This document shows positions 1-9,319 of a stretch of 64,000 nucleotides of DNA, piece after piece; the stretch's first letter is position 1, and each line of letters opens with the position of its first letter. The DNA is from an uncultured Gemmatimonadales bacterium (lineage in GTDB: Bacteria; Gemmatimonadota; Gemmatimonadetes; Longimicrobiales; RSA9). The stretch lies in the NCBI GenBank assembly GCA_963786235.1, contig CAWAYJ010000028.1, positions 153,827 to 217,826 of the forward strand. Direction: 5' to 3'. Below the pieces are notes generated by a model. The model saw nothing but the letters and a program-made list of their open reading frames with translations. It was not told the origin of the DNA and ran no database searches. Made by a program: the position numbers and the translations under genes.

Positions 1-380
1 TCGCGGAGCTGGCCGCCCCCGTCGTAGAGGGAGCCGGCCTGCTCAGCCTTGCCGCGGCCTTCCTGCTCGGCATCGTGAACGTGCCGTTCGCCATTCTCTT
101 CCTGCTCGTCGCCTACGGCCTGTCCGCCGTGCTCACCGTGATCACGTTCGCGCTCGAGGAATTCACGTTTCACCGCTACGAGCACATGGGCGACCGCGCG
201 CTGCTGCTCCTCCTGGCGGTCCTCGAGAACGTCGGCTACCGCCAGCTCACGGTGTACTGGCGGCTCCGCGGTCTCGTGAAGTTCGCGCGTGGCAAGAACG
301 AGTGGGGGACCATGACGCGCCGCGGTTTCTCGAGTCCGGCGTCGGGCGTCGTGCCCTCGCCCGCGGTGAACCGGTCATGA
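1..380 (+). CDS. Glycosyltransferase family 2 (PgaC/IcaA-like polysaccharide synthase), C-terminal fragment; 5' end lies outside the window
   Basis: The ORF runs off the window start. Hydrophobic TM segments are followed by a C-terminal ...RLRGLVKFARGKNEWGTMTRRGF motif typical of processive GT2 synthases. Its stop overlaps the next start (ATGA at 377-380). Confidence 0.5.
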   Translation, partial: AELAAPVVEGAGLLSLAAAFLLGIVNVPFAILFLLVAYGLSAVLTVITFALEEFTFHRYEHMGDRALLLLLAVLENVGYRQLTVYWRLRGLVKFARGKNEWGTMTRRGFSSPASGVVPSPAVNRS

Positions 381-1888
381 TCCGCCGAATTCGCATCGTT
401 CCCGGTATCGCGCTCGCCCTCGCGCTCTCGACGGGAACGCCGGCCGCGGGTCAGGGCAACGCCGCCGACTCCGCGTGGACCCGAGGCGATCGCGCCACCG
501 CCGAGCGACTGTACCGCGCGCGCATCGATGCCGATCCCGCGGACGGAACCGCGCTGTTCCGGCTCGCGTTGCTCACCGGCTGGCGGGGCCGCCGGCACGA
601 GAGCATCGCGCTGCTCGACCGGCTTCTTGCCCGCTGGCCGCAGGACAACGACGCGCGCGCCGCGCGGGCTCGAATGCTGGCCGTGCTCGGGCGCTTCGAC
701 GAGGCCGAGGCCGCGGTCGACACGGTGCTGCGGCTCCAGCCCGACAACATGGGCGGGCTTCAGCTCCAGGCCCGCTTCACCGCCTGGAGCGGCGACCTCG
801 TCGAGAGCGAGCGTCTCTGGCGCGAGGTGCTGGCGCGGGAACCCGGCAACGTCGAGACGCGCATCGGCCTGGCCAGTGTGCTCCGGCAGGAGGGACGCGC
901 GGACTCGGCCCAGGCGGTGCTGGAATCCGTACGCGATGAGGCGTCGACGAATTCCGATCTGCGTGATGAGTTCGATCGGGTCGCGGCCGCCCTGGCGCCA
1001 CGCATCCGCTCGCGCGCCGTCCATGAGGACGACAGCGATGGCAACCGGATCACCTCGCTGACGCTGCAGGCTGACGTGCCGGTCGTGCCGCGCGTCCAGG
1101 TCAGCGCTGGAACGTGGGTTCGTACGACGCGGCTCGGCGCCGCGAGTGGCGATGTCGCCGCGCGTGCGGGTGCCGTGACCGTCCGTGCCCTGCTGGAGCC
1201 GGGATGGACCTTCCAGGCCGGGGTGGGTGTGGCGGCCACGGACCGGAGCGACATCGGATCAGCGGCCACGTGGCTGATCGCCGGCGGCACGCCCCGCCGG
1301 CGCCGCTGGGCTGCCACGGTGTCCGGCTCCCGCGAGGCGTACTACTACACGGCACCCATGGCCGCGAACGGAATCACGGCGGACCGGTTCGAAGTGACGA
1401 TCGCCGGCCGTGCCTCTCGCGAGTGGTCCGTCGAAGCGGCCGGTGGCGTCGGCGCGTTCGAAAGCGCGCGCTCCGGGGTGCGGAACCGCCGGGCAGCGGG
1501 CCGCGCGGCACTCACGCGCACGCTGCCGGCCGGACTCAGCGCGAGCCTGCAGGCCAGCGGGTTCGGATTCGCGAACGACGTGAACGACGGCTACTTCGAT
1601 CCCGACCTGTACGGCGTTGCGGCGGTCGAGATGCAGTACCACCGCGAGGCCCGGCACTGGTCGGCGGTCGCCGCCATCGCGCCCGGCGTGCAGCAGGTCG
1701 GGCGCGATGGTTCACCCGGCGGCGCGCTTCACGCAGAGGCCACGATCGAGGTCATGGAAAGTGCCGGACGGAGCCTTGCCATCGGCGGGGTCTGGGCGAA
1801 CACGGGCGCACAAGAGCTTTCCGCAAGGCCGACCGGGTCGTACCGTTACGCATCGATCAGCCTTGACTTCCGCTGGCGGTTCCGCTGA
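377..1888 (+). CDS. TPR-repeat outer-membrane export porin (PgaA/BcsC-like): N-terminal TPR region, C-terminal beta-barrel
   Basis: Signal peptide MIRRIRIVPGIALALALS. TPR-like helical repeats occupy the N-terminal half. The C-terminal half has an alternating beta-strand pattern and ends in the aromatic ...SLDFRWRFR. It is translationally coupled to the upstream GT2 gene. Confidence 0.6.
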   Translation: MIRRIRIVPGIALALALSTGTPAAGQGNAADSAWTRGDRATAERLYRARIDADPADGTALFRLALLTGWRGRRHESIALLDRLLARWPQDNDARAARARMLAVLGRFDEAEAAVDTVLRLQPDNMGGLQLQARFTAWSGDLVESERLWREVLAREPGNVETRIGLASVLRQEGRADSAQAVLESVRDEASTNSDLRDEFDRVAAALAPRIRSRAVHEDDSDGNRITSLTLQADVPVVPRVQVSAGTWVRTTRLGAASGDVAARAGAVTVRALLEPGWTFQAGVGVAATDRSDIGSAATWLIAGGTPRRRRWAATVSGSREAYYYTAPMAANGITADRFEVTIAGRASREWSVEAAGGVGAFESARSGVRNRRAAGRAALTRTLPAGLSASLQASGFGFANDVNDGYFDPDLYGVAAVEMQYHREARHWSAVAAIAPGVQQVGRDGSPGGALHAEATIEVMESAGRSLAIGGVWANTGAQELSARPTGSYRYASISLDFRWRFR

Positions 1889-1913
1889 CCCCTGCAGGCG
1901 GCCGCCACCAACC

Positions 1914-3188
1914 GTGGGGGACGCCACGCCGCTGCACCTGGAGTCCGGAGACCGCGATTTCCTCGATGGCAGGCGCGGCGATGCGGGCGCGCTCGCGATG
2001 CGCGTGCTTGTGCGCATGGCCGGCCTGACCGGTGCGGACCGGCTGATCGACGTCACCTCCGCGCACATCGACAGCTGCCTCTTCCATGGGCGCGCGGGTC
2101 TCGACTTCGCCGAACGGCTCGTTCTTGGAGGCGGCCGCGTTGCCATTCCCGCGACGCTCAACGTCTCGTCGCTGGATCTGCTCCACCCCGAGCTCTACCG
2201 CGGCGATCCGGATACCGCGCGGCTCGCCCGCCGGCTCATGGACGCCTACACCACGCTCGGCTGCCGGCCGACCTGGACGTGTGCGCCCTACCAGCTGCCC
2301 GAACGCCCTGTCTTCGGCCAGCACATCGCCTGGGCCGAGTCGAACGCCATCGTCTTTGCCAACTCCGTCCTCGGCGCCCGCACCGACCGCTACGGCGATT
2401 TCCTCGACATCTGCGCCGCGCTCACCGGCCGCGCGCCGGAGGCCGGGCTCCACCTCACGGGGAACCGGCGCGGCGAGGTCCTGTTCCGCCTGCGCGACGT
2501 GTCGGCACGCCTGCTCCGGAGCGACGTGCTGTACCCCGTGCTCGGCCATCTCATCGGCAAGGCGACCGGCATCCGGATCCCGGTGATCGAGGGCCTGCCC
2601 GCGGACGTTCCGGAAGACCGGCTCAAGGCGCTCGGCGCGGGCGCGGCATCGTCCGGCGCCGTCGCCATGTTCCACGCCGTCGGCGTGACGCCGGAGGCGC
2701 CCACGCTCGAGGCCGCGTTCCAGGGCGGGGTGCCTGTGCGCACGATCGACGTCACGCCCGAGGTGCTGCGCGCGGCGCGCGACGAGCTGACGACGTCGGA
2801 GTCCGGCGCGCTGAATGCCGTGAGTCTCGGCACCCCGCACCTGTCGCTGGCGGAGTTCGAGCGTCTCGTGCCTCTCGTCGAGGGGCGGCGCTTCGCGGCC
2901 GGCGTCGATGTCTACGTCAACACCGCGCGCCACATCCTCGAAGAGGTCCGGAATCGCGGCTGGCTCGACACCCTCGAGGATGCCGGCGTGCAACTGGTCG
3001 TAGATACGTGCACGTACGTCACGCCCATCCTGCGCAGGACCACCGGTCTGGTGATGACGGACTCGGCGAAGTGGGCCTGGTACGCGCCCGGCAATCTCGG
3101 CGTGGACGTCGCCTTCGGCAGTATGGAGGAGTGCGTGGAATCGGCAACCCTCGGAAGGGTCCGGCGCGATGCGACGCTCTGGCAATGA
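1914..3188 (+). CDS. Aconitase X catalytic (large) subunit, AcnX/DUF521 family (cis-3-hydroxy-L-proline dehydratase-type)
   Basis: GTG start in frame. The N-terminus LHLESGDRDFLDGRRGDAGALAMRVLVRMA resembles AcnX N-termini. The protein is about 420 aa. The small-subunit gene follows with overlap. Confidence 0.75.
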   Translation: MGDATPLHLESGDRDFLDGRRGDAGALAMRVLVRMAGLTGADRLIDVTSAHIDSCLFHGRAGLDFAERLVLGGGRVAIPATLNVSSLDLLHPELYRGDPDTARLARRLMDAYTTLGCRPTWTCAPYQLPERPVFGQHIAWAESNAIVFANSVLGARTDRYGDFLDICAALTGRAPEAGLHLTGNRRGEVLFRLRDVSARLLRSDVLYPVLGHLIGKATGIRIPVIEGLPADVPEDRLKALGAGAASSGAVAMFHAVGVTPEAPTLEAAFQGGVPVRTIDVTPEVLRAARDELTTSESGALNAVSLGTPHLSLAEFERLVPLVEGRRFAAGVDVYVNTARHILEEVRNRGWLDTLEDAGVQLVVDTCTYVTPILRRTTGLVMTDSAKWAWYAPGNLGVDVAFGSMEECVESATLGRVRRDATLWQ

Positions 3189-3588
3189 CGTGACCGTGCT
3201 CGTGAGCGGAGAGGCGCGCGGCGTCGTCCTTCGCCTCGACGAACCCCTCAGCTTCTGGGGCGGCGTCGATCCCCTGACCGGCCGCATCATCGACCGTCGC
3301 CATCCGCAGCACGGCGAGCGCGTGACCGGAACCGTGCTCATCATGCCGGGTGGGCGCGGATCCAGTTCCAGCAGCACCGTGCTCGCGGAATCGATCCGGC
3401 TGGGAACCGCGCCCGCGGCGATCGTGCTCACGGAACCCGATCCCATCATCGCGCTCGGCGCCGTGGTCGCGTTCGAGCTGTATGGGATCGTGACGCCCGT
3501 TCTGCTCGGCGAACCGCCCGCCGACGTCCGTTCCGGCAATGCCGCCCACGTCTCGGCGTCGGGCGTGATCGAGCGTGATTCCGCGTAG
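3169..3588 (+). CDS. Aconitase X swivel (small) subunit, DUF126 family
   Basis: The motif VLRLDEPLSFWGGVDPLTGRIID is typical of AcnX small subunits. It overlaps the large-subunit gene. An alternative GTG start at 3190 lies immediately after the upstream stop. Confidence 0.7.
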   Translation: MRRSGNDVTVLVSGEARGVVLRLDEPLSFWGGVDPLTGRIIDRRHPQHGERVTGTVLIMPGGRGSSSSSTVLAESIRLGTAPAAIVLTEPDPIIALGAVVAFELYGIVTPVLLGEPPADVRSGNAAHVSASGVIERDSA

Positions 3589-3624
3589 CGTTCGATACGA
3601 CCCGGGAATCTGCCGCAGGCGGCC

Positions 3625-4413
3625 GTGACGGTTCCGTCCACAGGCCTCGCCGCCCTTGCCGGGTTCGGCCTCGCCACCCTGCTGATGGTCTGCGTCTGGA
3701 TCGCCAGTATCGTGCGCCGCGACGCCAGCCTCGTAGACCGCTTCTGGGGCGCCGGCTTCGTGCTGCTCGCCGGGTTCTGGGCGGCGACATCGCCCACTTC
3801 CTTCGACAGCGCGGGCGCGCACCTCGCGTTCGCCATCGCCGCGCTCTGGGGGGGCCGCCTCTCTCTCTTCCTGACGTGGCGCAACTGGGGTGGCGGCGAA
3901 GACTACCGGTACGCGGAGATGCGACGGCACCACGGCGACCGGTTTCCCCTCGTCAGCCTCTTCACCGTGTTCCTGCTGCAGGCCGTCCTGATGTGGGCGA
4001 TCGCGATGCCGCTGCTCGTCACGGCCCGCGCCGCGCAGGCGCCGCGACCGTGGTGGCTGGCCGCCGGCCTCGTCGTCTTCGGCGCCGGCTTCCTGTTCGA
4101 AGTGATCGCTGACGCCCAGCTCGCGCGGCACCGCGCGGACCCGGATCGCAGTGGACCGCTCGAGCGCGGGCTCTGGCGCTACAGCCGCCACCCGAACTAC
4201 TTCGGCGAATCCGTTCTGTGGTGGGGGATCTGGATCGTCGCCGCTTCGTTCGGCGGCGCCTGGGCCGTGTTCTCGCCCATCCTGATCACGTTCCTGCTCC
4301 TGCGCGTGTCCGGTGTCGCCCTGCTCGAGAAGCGATTGCGCGAGGTGAAGCCGGGCTGGGAAGCGTATGCGCGCCGAACCTCCGCGTTCGTGCCGCGCCC
4401 GCCACGCCGGTAG
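3625..4413 (+). CDS. DUF1295 / steroid 5-alpha-reductase-like integral membrane protein
   Basis: Multi-pass hydrophobic profile. Conserved SRHPNYFGE motif near the C-terminus. Confidence 0.65.
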   Translation: MTVPSTGLAALAGFGLATLLMVCVWIASIVRRDASLVDRFWGAGFVLLAGFWAATSPTSFDSAGAHLAFAIAALWGGRLSLFLTWRNWGGGEDYRYAEMRRHHGDRFPLVSLFTVFLLQAVLMWAIAMPLLVTARAAQAPRPWWLAAGLVVFGAGFLFEVIADAQLARHRADPDRSGPLERGLWRYSRHPNYFGESVLWWGIWIVAASFGGAWAVFSPILITFLLLRVSGVALLEKRLREVKPGWEAYARRTSAFVPRPPRR

Positions 4414-4512
4414 CCCGGCAAGCTGTTCCGACCGCGGCCGTTGAGGCCGGCGCGACCCGGCGGTATGTTGCCGCGTCCCCGGCCACCCCGATCACCCGCA
4501 GAGCCATCGAAG

Positions 4513-4725
4513 GTGGAACGCGTCACGGTCCCGTTTTCCCTCAAGCGGTACGCCGAGGGATACAGCTCGCAGGTCACGACGCACGGCGTGGTGCGCCTGG
4601 AAGCCGACGCGCTCGTCATCGAGTTCCGTGAAACGACCACGAGCCTCATGACGCTCGATGAGGAATCCGGCGCCGGGACCGGCCGGCTGCCCGCGAATTC
4701 GCGGTCACGATGTCGCTCACGCTGA
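4513..4725 (+). CDS. Hypothetical small protein (possible frameshift near its 3' end)
   Basis: GTG start preceded by GAAGG. The sequence VERVTVPFSLKRYAEGYSSQVTTHGVVRLEADALVIEFRETTTSLMTLDEE looks protein-like. The tail becomes Arg/Ser-rich, while a neighbouring frame continues plausibly (FAVTMSLTLSGRELRQLEEGGA). Confidence 0.25.
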   Translation: MERVTVPFSLKRYAEGYSSQVTTHGVVRLEADALVIEFRETTTSLMTLDEESGAGTGRLPANSRSRCRSR

Positions 4726-4762
4726 GCGGCCGCGAGCTGCGCCAACTCGAGGAAGGTGGAGC

Positions 4763-6151
4763 TTGACCGTCTCGCGACGCTTCCATCTGCCCCACCCGCT
4801 GGTCCTGCTGACGGGCGGGATCATGCTGGCCGCGGCGCTGACCTGGCTGTTGCCGGCCGGACGGTACGACCGTCGTGATGATGAGGCGACCGGCCGGAGC
4901 GTCGTGGTCGCCGGCTCGTTTCATGCCGTGGAAGCGCAGCCGGTCGGCCCGCTCGCGATGGTGGTGGCCCTCCCGCGCGGGATGGCCGATGCCGCCGACG
5001 TCATCTTCTTCGTGTTCCTCGTCGGTGGCGCGTTCGCCGTCGTCGAGCGCACGGGCGCGCTCACCGTGGCGTTCGACCGCCTGGTGCGCGTGCTCGGCCA
5101 CCGCGAGGCGCTCGCCATTCCGATCTGCTGCCTGGCCTTCGCCGCCGGTGGCATCTTCGAGAACATGCAGGAAGAGATCATCGCGCTCATCCCGCCACTC
5201 GTCCTGCTTTGCCGCCGGCTCGGCTTCGATGTCCTCACCGCCGCGGCCATGAGCGTGGGCGCCGCCGCCGTCGGCTCCGCGTTCAGTCCCGTCAATCCGT
5301 TCCAGGTCGGCATCGCGCAGCGCATCGCGGAAGTCCCGCTGCTCTCCGGCGGCGTCTTTCGCACCGCCATCCTGATCCCCGCGCTCGGCTTCTGGATCTG
5401 GGGGACGATGCGCCACGCGGCCCGGGTCCGGACCGCTCGCGTCGATCCGCTCGGCGCGAGCCCGCCCGCCGCCCCGGAAGCGGCCGCGCCGGAGATAGCG
5501 GCGTTGCCCGGCGCCCACACCAGCGCCATCCTCGTCCTCGTCGTTCTCGCCTTCGCCGTGTTCATTTTCGGCATCGCGAAGTTCGGCTGGGGCTTCAACG
5601 AAATGGCCGCCGTCTTCTTCGTGATGGGCGTGGCCGCGGGACTGCTGGGCAGGTTGCGCATCGAGGGCACGGCCGAGGCGTTCGTGGAAGGATTCCGCGC
5701 GATGGCCTATGCCGGCATCCTGATCGGGTTCGCCCGCGCCATCTACATCGTGCTGAGTGACGGCCTCATCATCGACACCATCGTGCACGGCCTGTTCACG
5801 CCGCTGGCGAGCCTGCCGCGCACGCTCGCCGTGCTCGGCATGACCGCCGTGCAGGCACTCATCCACGTGCCCGTCCCGAGCGTGAGCGGACAGGCCGTCC
5901 TGACCATGCCGATCCTCGTCCCGCTCTCCGACCTGCTCGGCGTCACGCGCCAGGTCACGATCCTCGCCTACCAGTACGGCGCGGGCCTGTGCGAGCTGCT
6001 CACGCCGACCAACGGCGCGCTCATGGCGATCCTGGCCGCCGCGGGCGTCCGCTACGAGGACTGGCTCCGCTTCACGCTGCCGCTCTGGGGGCTCCTGATG
6101 GGACTCGCCGCCATCGCGCTCGTCGGCGCGATGGCGGCGGGCCTTCACTGA
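4763..6151 (+). CDS. YfcC/DcuC-like anaerobic C4-dicarboxylate/basic amino-acid antiporter family membrane protein
   Basis: TTG start after GGAAGGTGGAG. The protein is about 460 aa with many TM helices, and its overall architecture matches the YfcC family (e.g. ...GAGLCELLTPTNGALMAIL). Confidence 0.75.
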   Translation: MTVSRRFHLPHPLVLLTGGIMLAAALTWLLPAGRYDRRDDEATGRSVVVAGSFHAVEAQPVGPLAMVVALPRGMADAADVIFFVFLVGGAFAVVERTGALTVAFDRLVRVLGHREALAIPICCLAFAAGGIFENMQEEIIALIPPLVLLCRRLGFDVLTAAAMSVGAAAVGSAFSPVNPFQVGIAQRIAEVPLLSGGVFRTAILIPALGFWIWGTMRHAARVRTARVDPLGASPPAAPEAAAPEIAALPGAHTSAILVLVVLAFAVFIFGIAKFGWGFNEMAAVFFVMGVAAGLLGRLRIEGTAEAFVEGFRAMAYAGILIGFARAIYIVLSDGLIIDTIVHGLFTPLASLPRTLAVLGMTAVQALIHVPVPSVSGQAVLTMPILVPLSDLLGVTRQVTILAYQYGAGLCELLTPTNGALMAILAAAGVRYEDWLRFTLPLWGLLMGLAAIALVGAMAAGLH

Positions 6152-6169
6152 ACCGGTCGGACGCGCGCG

Positions 6170-7903
6170 TCAGGCCGGCGTGTACCGCGGGTACTCCGGG
6201 TACCACATCGCGTTGTCCACCGCCGCTTCCACGTCGTCGTCGTGGATGGTGCGGCCGAACCCGGACTCGCGTGCCTCGCGAATCACGTCGATCGCGATCC
6301 GGCGCGACACGCGCCGCAGCTCGTTCTGCCCGGGGTACAGCGAGCCCTGGTCCAGGCGTTCCTTCGACACCTCCGCCGCCGCGGCACGGGCCGCGGCCAG
6401 GAACATGCCGTCCGTCACCTCGCGCGCCTCCGACACGATCGCGCCCAGGCCGACGCCCGGGAAGATGAACGCGTTGTTCGCCTGACCGACCAGAAGCGTC
6501 CGGCCCTTGTACTCGACCGGCTCGAACGGACTGCCCGTCGCGACCAGCGCCCGGCCATCCGTCCAGGTCATGAGGTCGACAGGGGTCGCTTCCGTCTTCG
6601 ACGTCGGATTCGAGAGCGGCAGGATCACCGGCCGCTCGACGTGCTTCGCCATCTCGCGGATGGCCACCTCCGTGAAGGCGCCCGGCGTCGCACTCGTTCC
6701 GATCAGCACGGTCGGTTTGACCTGCCGGATCACGGTCTCCAGGTCGTAGCGATCCGAGCCCTCGAAGCCATAGTGCTGCATGACCTCGGAGTTCAGCGCG
6801 AACTCGCGCTTGTCGGCATCGAGCGGCTCGCGGCCGATGTAGGTGAGGCCCTTCGAATCGAGCTGCGCGATCGCGCGCACGATGTCCTTCTTCCGCACGT
6901 CCTCCACCACCATCTCGGCCCGGATCAGGCGCGCGATGCCGGTGCCCGATGCGCCGGCGCCGAGGAACACGAACCGCTGCTCCGCGAGCGGCTTGTCGAG
7001 CGCGCGCAGGGCGGCGAAAATGCCGGCCACGACGATACTCGCGGTGCCCTCAATGTCATCGTTGAAGCTGGTGATGCGATGGCGATAGCGGTCCAGGATG
7101 GCGATCGCGTTGTGTTGCTTGAAGTCCTCCCACTGCAGCACGACGCGCGGGAACGTGTCCTGTACCGCCTGCACGAACGCCTCGATGAAGTCGTCGTACT
7201 CCTGGCCGCGGAGCCGTGGACGACGATATCCCATGTAGTGCGGGTCGTTCAGCAGCTTCTGGTTGTCCGTGCCCACGTCCAGCGAGATGGGCAGCGTCAG
7301 CGACGGGTGAATGCCCGCGCCGGCCGTGTACAGCGCCAGCTTCCCGATCGGGATCCCCATGCCGCCCGCACCCTGGTCGCCCAGGCCGAGGATCCGCTCG
7401 TTGTCCGTGACCACGATCAGGCGGACGTTCTGGTTCTTGTAGTTGCGGAGCATCTCCGGGATCCGGTCCACGTCCCGCGGCGTGATCCACAGACCGCGGT
7501 AGCGGCGCAGGATGTGGCTGAACTCCTGGCAGGCCCGCCCCACTACCGGTGTGTACACGATGGGCATCAGCGCTTCGAGGTTTTCGACCAGCACGCGGTA
7601 GAGAAGCGTCTCGTTGCGGTCGTGCAGCGCCGACAGGCCGATGTACTTCTCGAGATCGTCCTCTTTCCGGTTCAGATGCTCCAGCTCCAGGCTGACCTGC
7701 TCCTCGATCGTTGCCTCCCGGGATGGCAGCAGGCCCCGCAGGCCGAACAGCTCCCGCTCTTCCTCCGTGAACGCCGCGTCCTTGTTGAATACCGGGTTTT
7801 CGAGAATCGCGGTCCCGCGAAGGGGCACCGGCAGCGCCTCACCCGACCGCAGCGCTTCCTGGACCCTCAGTCCAAGCCCTTCCCGCATCCCGACGTTCGT
7901 CAT
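6170..7903 (-). CDS. maeA: NAD(P)-dependent malic enzyme
   Basis: 577 aa with classic malic-enzyme blocks (VYTPVVGRACQEF, IVVTDNERILGLGDQGAGGMGIPIGKLALYTAGAGI, FNDDIEGTASIVVAG, GAGASGTGIA). Confidence 0.9.
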   Translation of the reverse strand: MTNVGMREGLGLRVQEALRSGEALPVPLRGTAILENPVFNKDAAFTEEERELFGLRGLLPSREATIEEQVSLELEHLNRKEDDLEKYIGLSALHDRNETLLYRVLVENLEALMPIVYTPVVGRACQEFSHILRRYRGLWITPRDVDRIPEMLRNYKNQNVRLIVVTDNERILGLGDQGAGGMGIPIGKLALYTAGAGIHPSLTLPISLDVGTDNQKLLNDPHYMGYRRPRLRGQEYDDFIEAFVQAVQDTFPRVVLQWEDFKQHNAIAILDRYRHRITSFNDDIEGTASIVVAGIFAALRALDKPLAEQRFVFLGAGASGTGIARLIRAEMVVEDVRKKDIVRAIAQLDSKGLTYIGREPLDADKREFALNSEVMQHYGFEGSDRYDLETVIRQVKPTVLIGTSATPGAFTEVAIREMAKHVERPVILPLSNPTSKTEATPVDLMTWTDGRALVATGSPFEPVEYKGRTLLVGQANNAFIFPGVGLGAIVSEAREVTDGMFLAAARAAAAEVSKERLDQGSLYPGQNELRRVSRRIAIDVIREARESGFGRTIHDDDVEAAVDNAMWYPEYPRYTPA

Positions 7904-8299
7904 CCTCTATCCTTCGTTCGTGGGCGGACGCGCTCCGCCCGTTCTCGCACGTGTGCCCTATTGGGGGCCGCGCGTGCACGCGAGCCCGGCGCCAAGTTTG
8001 GCACAGAGGCGCCGCATCGAACAGCGGGAAAAACCGCAACCGTGCGGGGAGATACCCGGCCCCATGGATCCCGATGCGATGCAGGGACCCGTTCCGGCGC
8101 GACCGGCGGCCAGAGGGCCCCGTCGGTTCGGCCCCTTCCGGGCTGGTCGAGCGGGGTCGGCGGAGGACGTCGGTCACCCGTTGGCCGTTGCTGTGTCCTA
8201 ACCTGCGCTTTGACCGTAGCTTGCGAGGCAGGGCAGGGCCCGCCCTGTCGGATTCGCCCCGAATCGTGAAGAATTGGGGAGTTCCGTCCGTACAAAGTC

Positions 8300-8884
8300 A
8301 TGAGGACACGGGGAGGCTGGTTGGAATCGAGCGTCGAACGGGAACTCGTCCTGAAATGCAAAGCGGGCGAGCACCGGTTCTTCGAACCGCTCGTGAGAGC
8401 CTATGAGGCGGAAGCGATTCGTGTTGCCAGGGCGCTCCTCGGCGATTTCGATGCCGCGCGGGACGCGGCCCAGGAGGCGTTTCTGAAAGCCTACCGCTCG
8501 ATCCAGCAATTCGATGCCAACCGCCGGTTCCGCCCGTGGTTCCTCCAGATCCTGCGCAATCAATGCCGCGACGTACTTCGTAGCCGGCGGGCGCGCGGGC
8601 GGATCGAGGTCCGCGACTACGCGTCAGCCGGCCGGTTCGTGGCAGCGGAAGCGGATGAGCGGGCCCAGGCCCGGCGCGAGGCATCGAGCCTGGTTCGCCG
8701 AGGCCTGGCGCAGCTGGATGAGGGGGAACGAGAGATCATCGTACTCAAGGATCTGCTCGGTCTCGGATACGCCGAGATCGCCCAGCAGCTCGAAATTCCC
8801 GAGGGAACGGTGGCCAGCAGGCTGCACCATGCACGAAAGTCGCTTCGCGGAGCCCTGGAGGCCCTGGGAGTGGCACATCCGTGA
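8300..8884 (+). CDS. ECF-type RNA polymerase sigma-70 factor (RpoE-like)
   Basis: Region 2 (FEPLVRAYEAEAIRVARALLGDFDAARDAAQEAFLKAYRSIQQFD) and region 4 (IIVLKDLLGLGYAEIAQQLEIPEGTVASRLHHARKSLR). The true start may be slightly downstream of 8300. Confidence 0.85.
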   Translation: MRTRGGWLESSVERELVLKCKAGEHRFFEPLVRAYEAEAIRVARALLGDFDAARDAAQEAFLKAYRSIQQFDANRRFRPWFLQILRNQCRDVLRSRRARGRIEVRDYASAGRFVAAEADERAQARREASSLVRRGLAQLDEGEREIIVLKDLLGLGYAEIAQQLEIPEGTVASRLHHARKSLRGALEALGVAHP

Positions 8885-8896
8885 CGGAGGCCGACA

Positions 8897-9319
8897 GTGA
8901 GCCATGCACTCGGCCCTGAGGAGCTCATGCGGTTCCTCGACGACGAGCTTCCGGCGGACCGGCGGGCCGCCGTGGAGGCACACCTCGAGGAATGCACGGA
9001 ATGCCGGCGGGACTACGTCGTTTTCTCGAAGATGAAGGGGGAGTTGCGTTCAATGGCGATGGAGAACGGGACGGGACCCTCGCTCTGGGGCACCCTCAGC
9101 CGACAGTTGGTGCGCCCGACCGGATGGCTGCTCGTCGTAGTGGGCGCACTCGCCCTTACGGCTTGGGGCGTGTACAGTTACGTCAGGTCGCCCGAGGATC
9201 TGTGGACGAAGCTGGCGACGGGGGCGCTCGCGATCGGGTTCGTGCTTCTGCTTCTCAGTGCGATCCTGGACCGGGTCAGGGACCTGAGGACGGACCGCTA
9301 CCGGGAGGTCGAGCGATGA
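8897..9319 (+). CDS. Anti-sigma factor, zinc-finger (ZAS-type HxxxCxxC) with C-terminal transmembrane helix
   Basis: It lies immediately downstream of the ECF sigma gene. AVEAHLEECTECRRDY contains an H-x3-C-x2-C motif. A hydrophobic segment WLLVVVGALALTAWGVYSYV follows. Confidence 0.7.
   Translation: MSHALGPEELMRFLDDELPADRRAAVEAHLEECTECRRDYVVFSKMKGELRSMAMENGTGPSLWGTLSRQLVRPTGWLLVVVGALALTAWGVYSYVRSPEDLWTKLATGALAIGFVLLLLSAILDRVRDLRTDRYREVER

Noticed and set aside
1857-3884. 675-aa minus-strand ORF overlapping the AcnX genes
   Set aside because: Its composition is Arg/Pro/Ala/Gly-rich and low-complexity, with no motifs. It is antisense to two well-supported genes. This is a typical high-GC spurious ORF.
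4646-6148. 500-aa minus-strand ORF antisense to the YfcC transporter
   Set aside because: Extreme Arg/Asp/Gly/Glu low-complexity composition. The opposite-strand transporter has a clear TM profile.
6152-6169. Possible bidirectional terminator between the convergent yfcC-like and malic enzyme genes
   Set aside because: Only an imperfect inverted repeat (CCGGTCGGACGCG / CGCGTCAGGCCGG) within an 18-nt gap, with no T-tract.
6242-8269. 675-aa plus-strand ORF antisense to malic enzyme
   Set aside because: Arg/Leu/Asp-rich and unstructured. The malic enzyme on the other strand has unambiguous family motifs.
8198-8300. ECF-type -35/-10 promoter (GGAAC...CGTC) upstream of the sigma gene
   Set aside because: The only GGAACT/CGTC-like pair found lies inside the annotated sigma ORF (about 8340-8375). 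I could not confirm a motif in the true upstream region.
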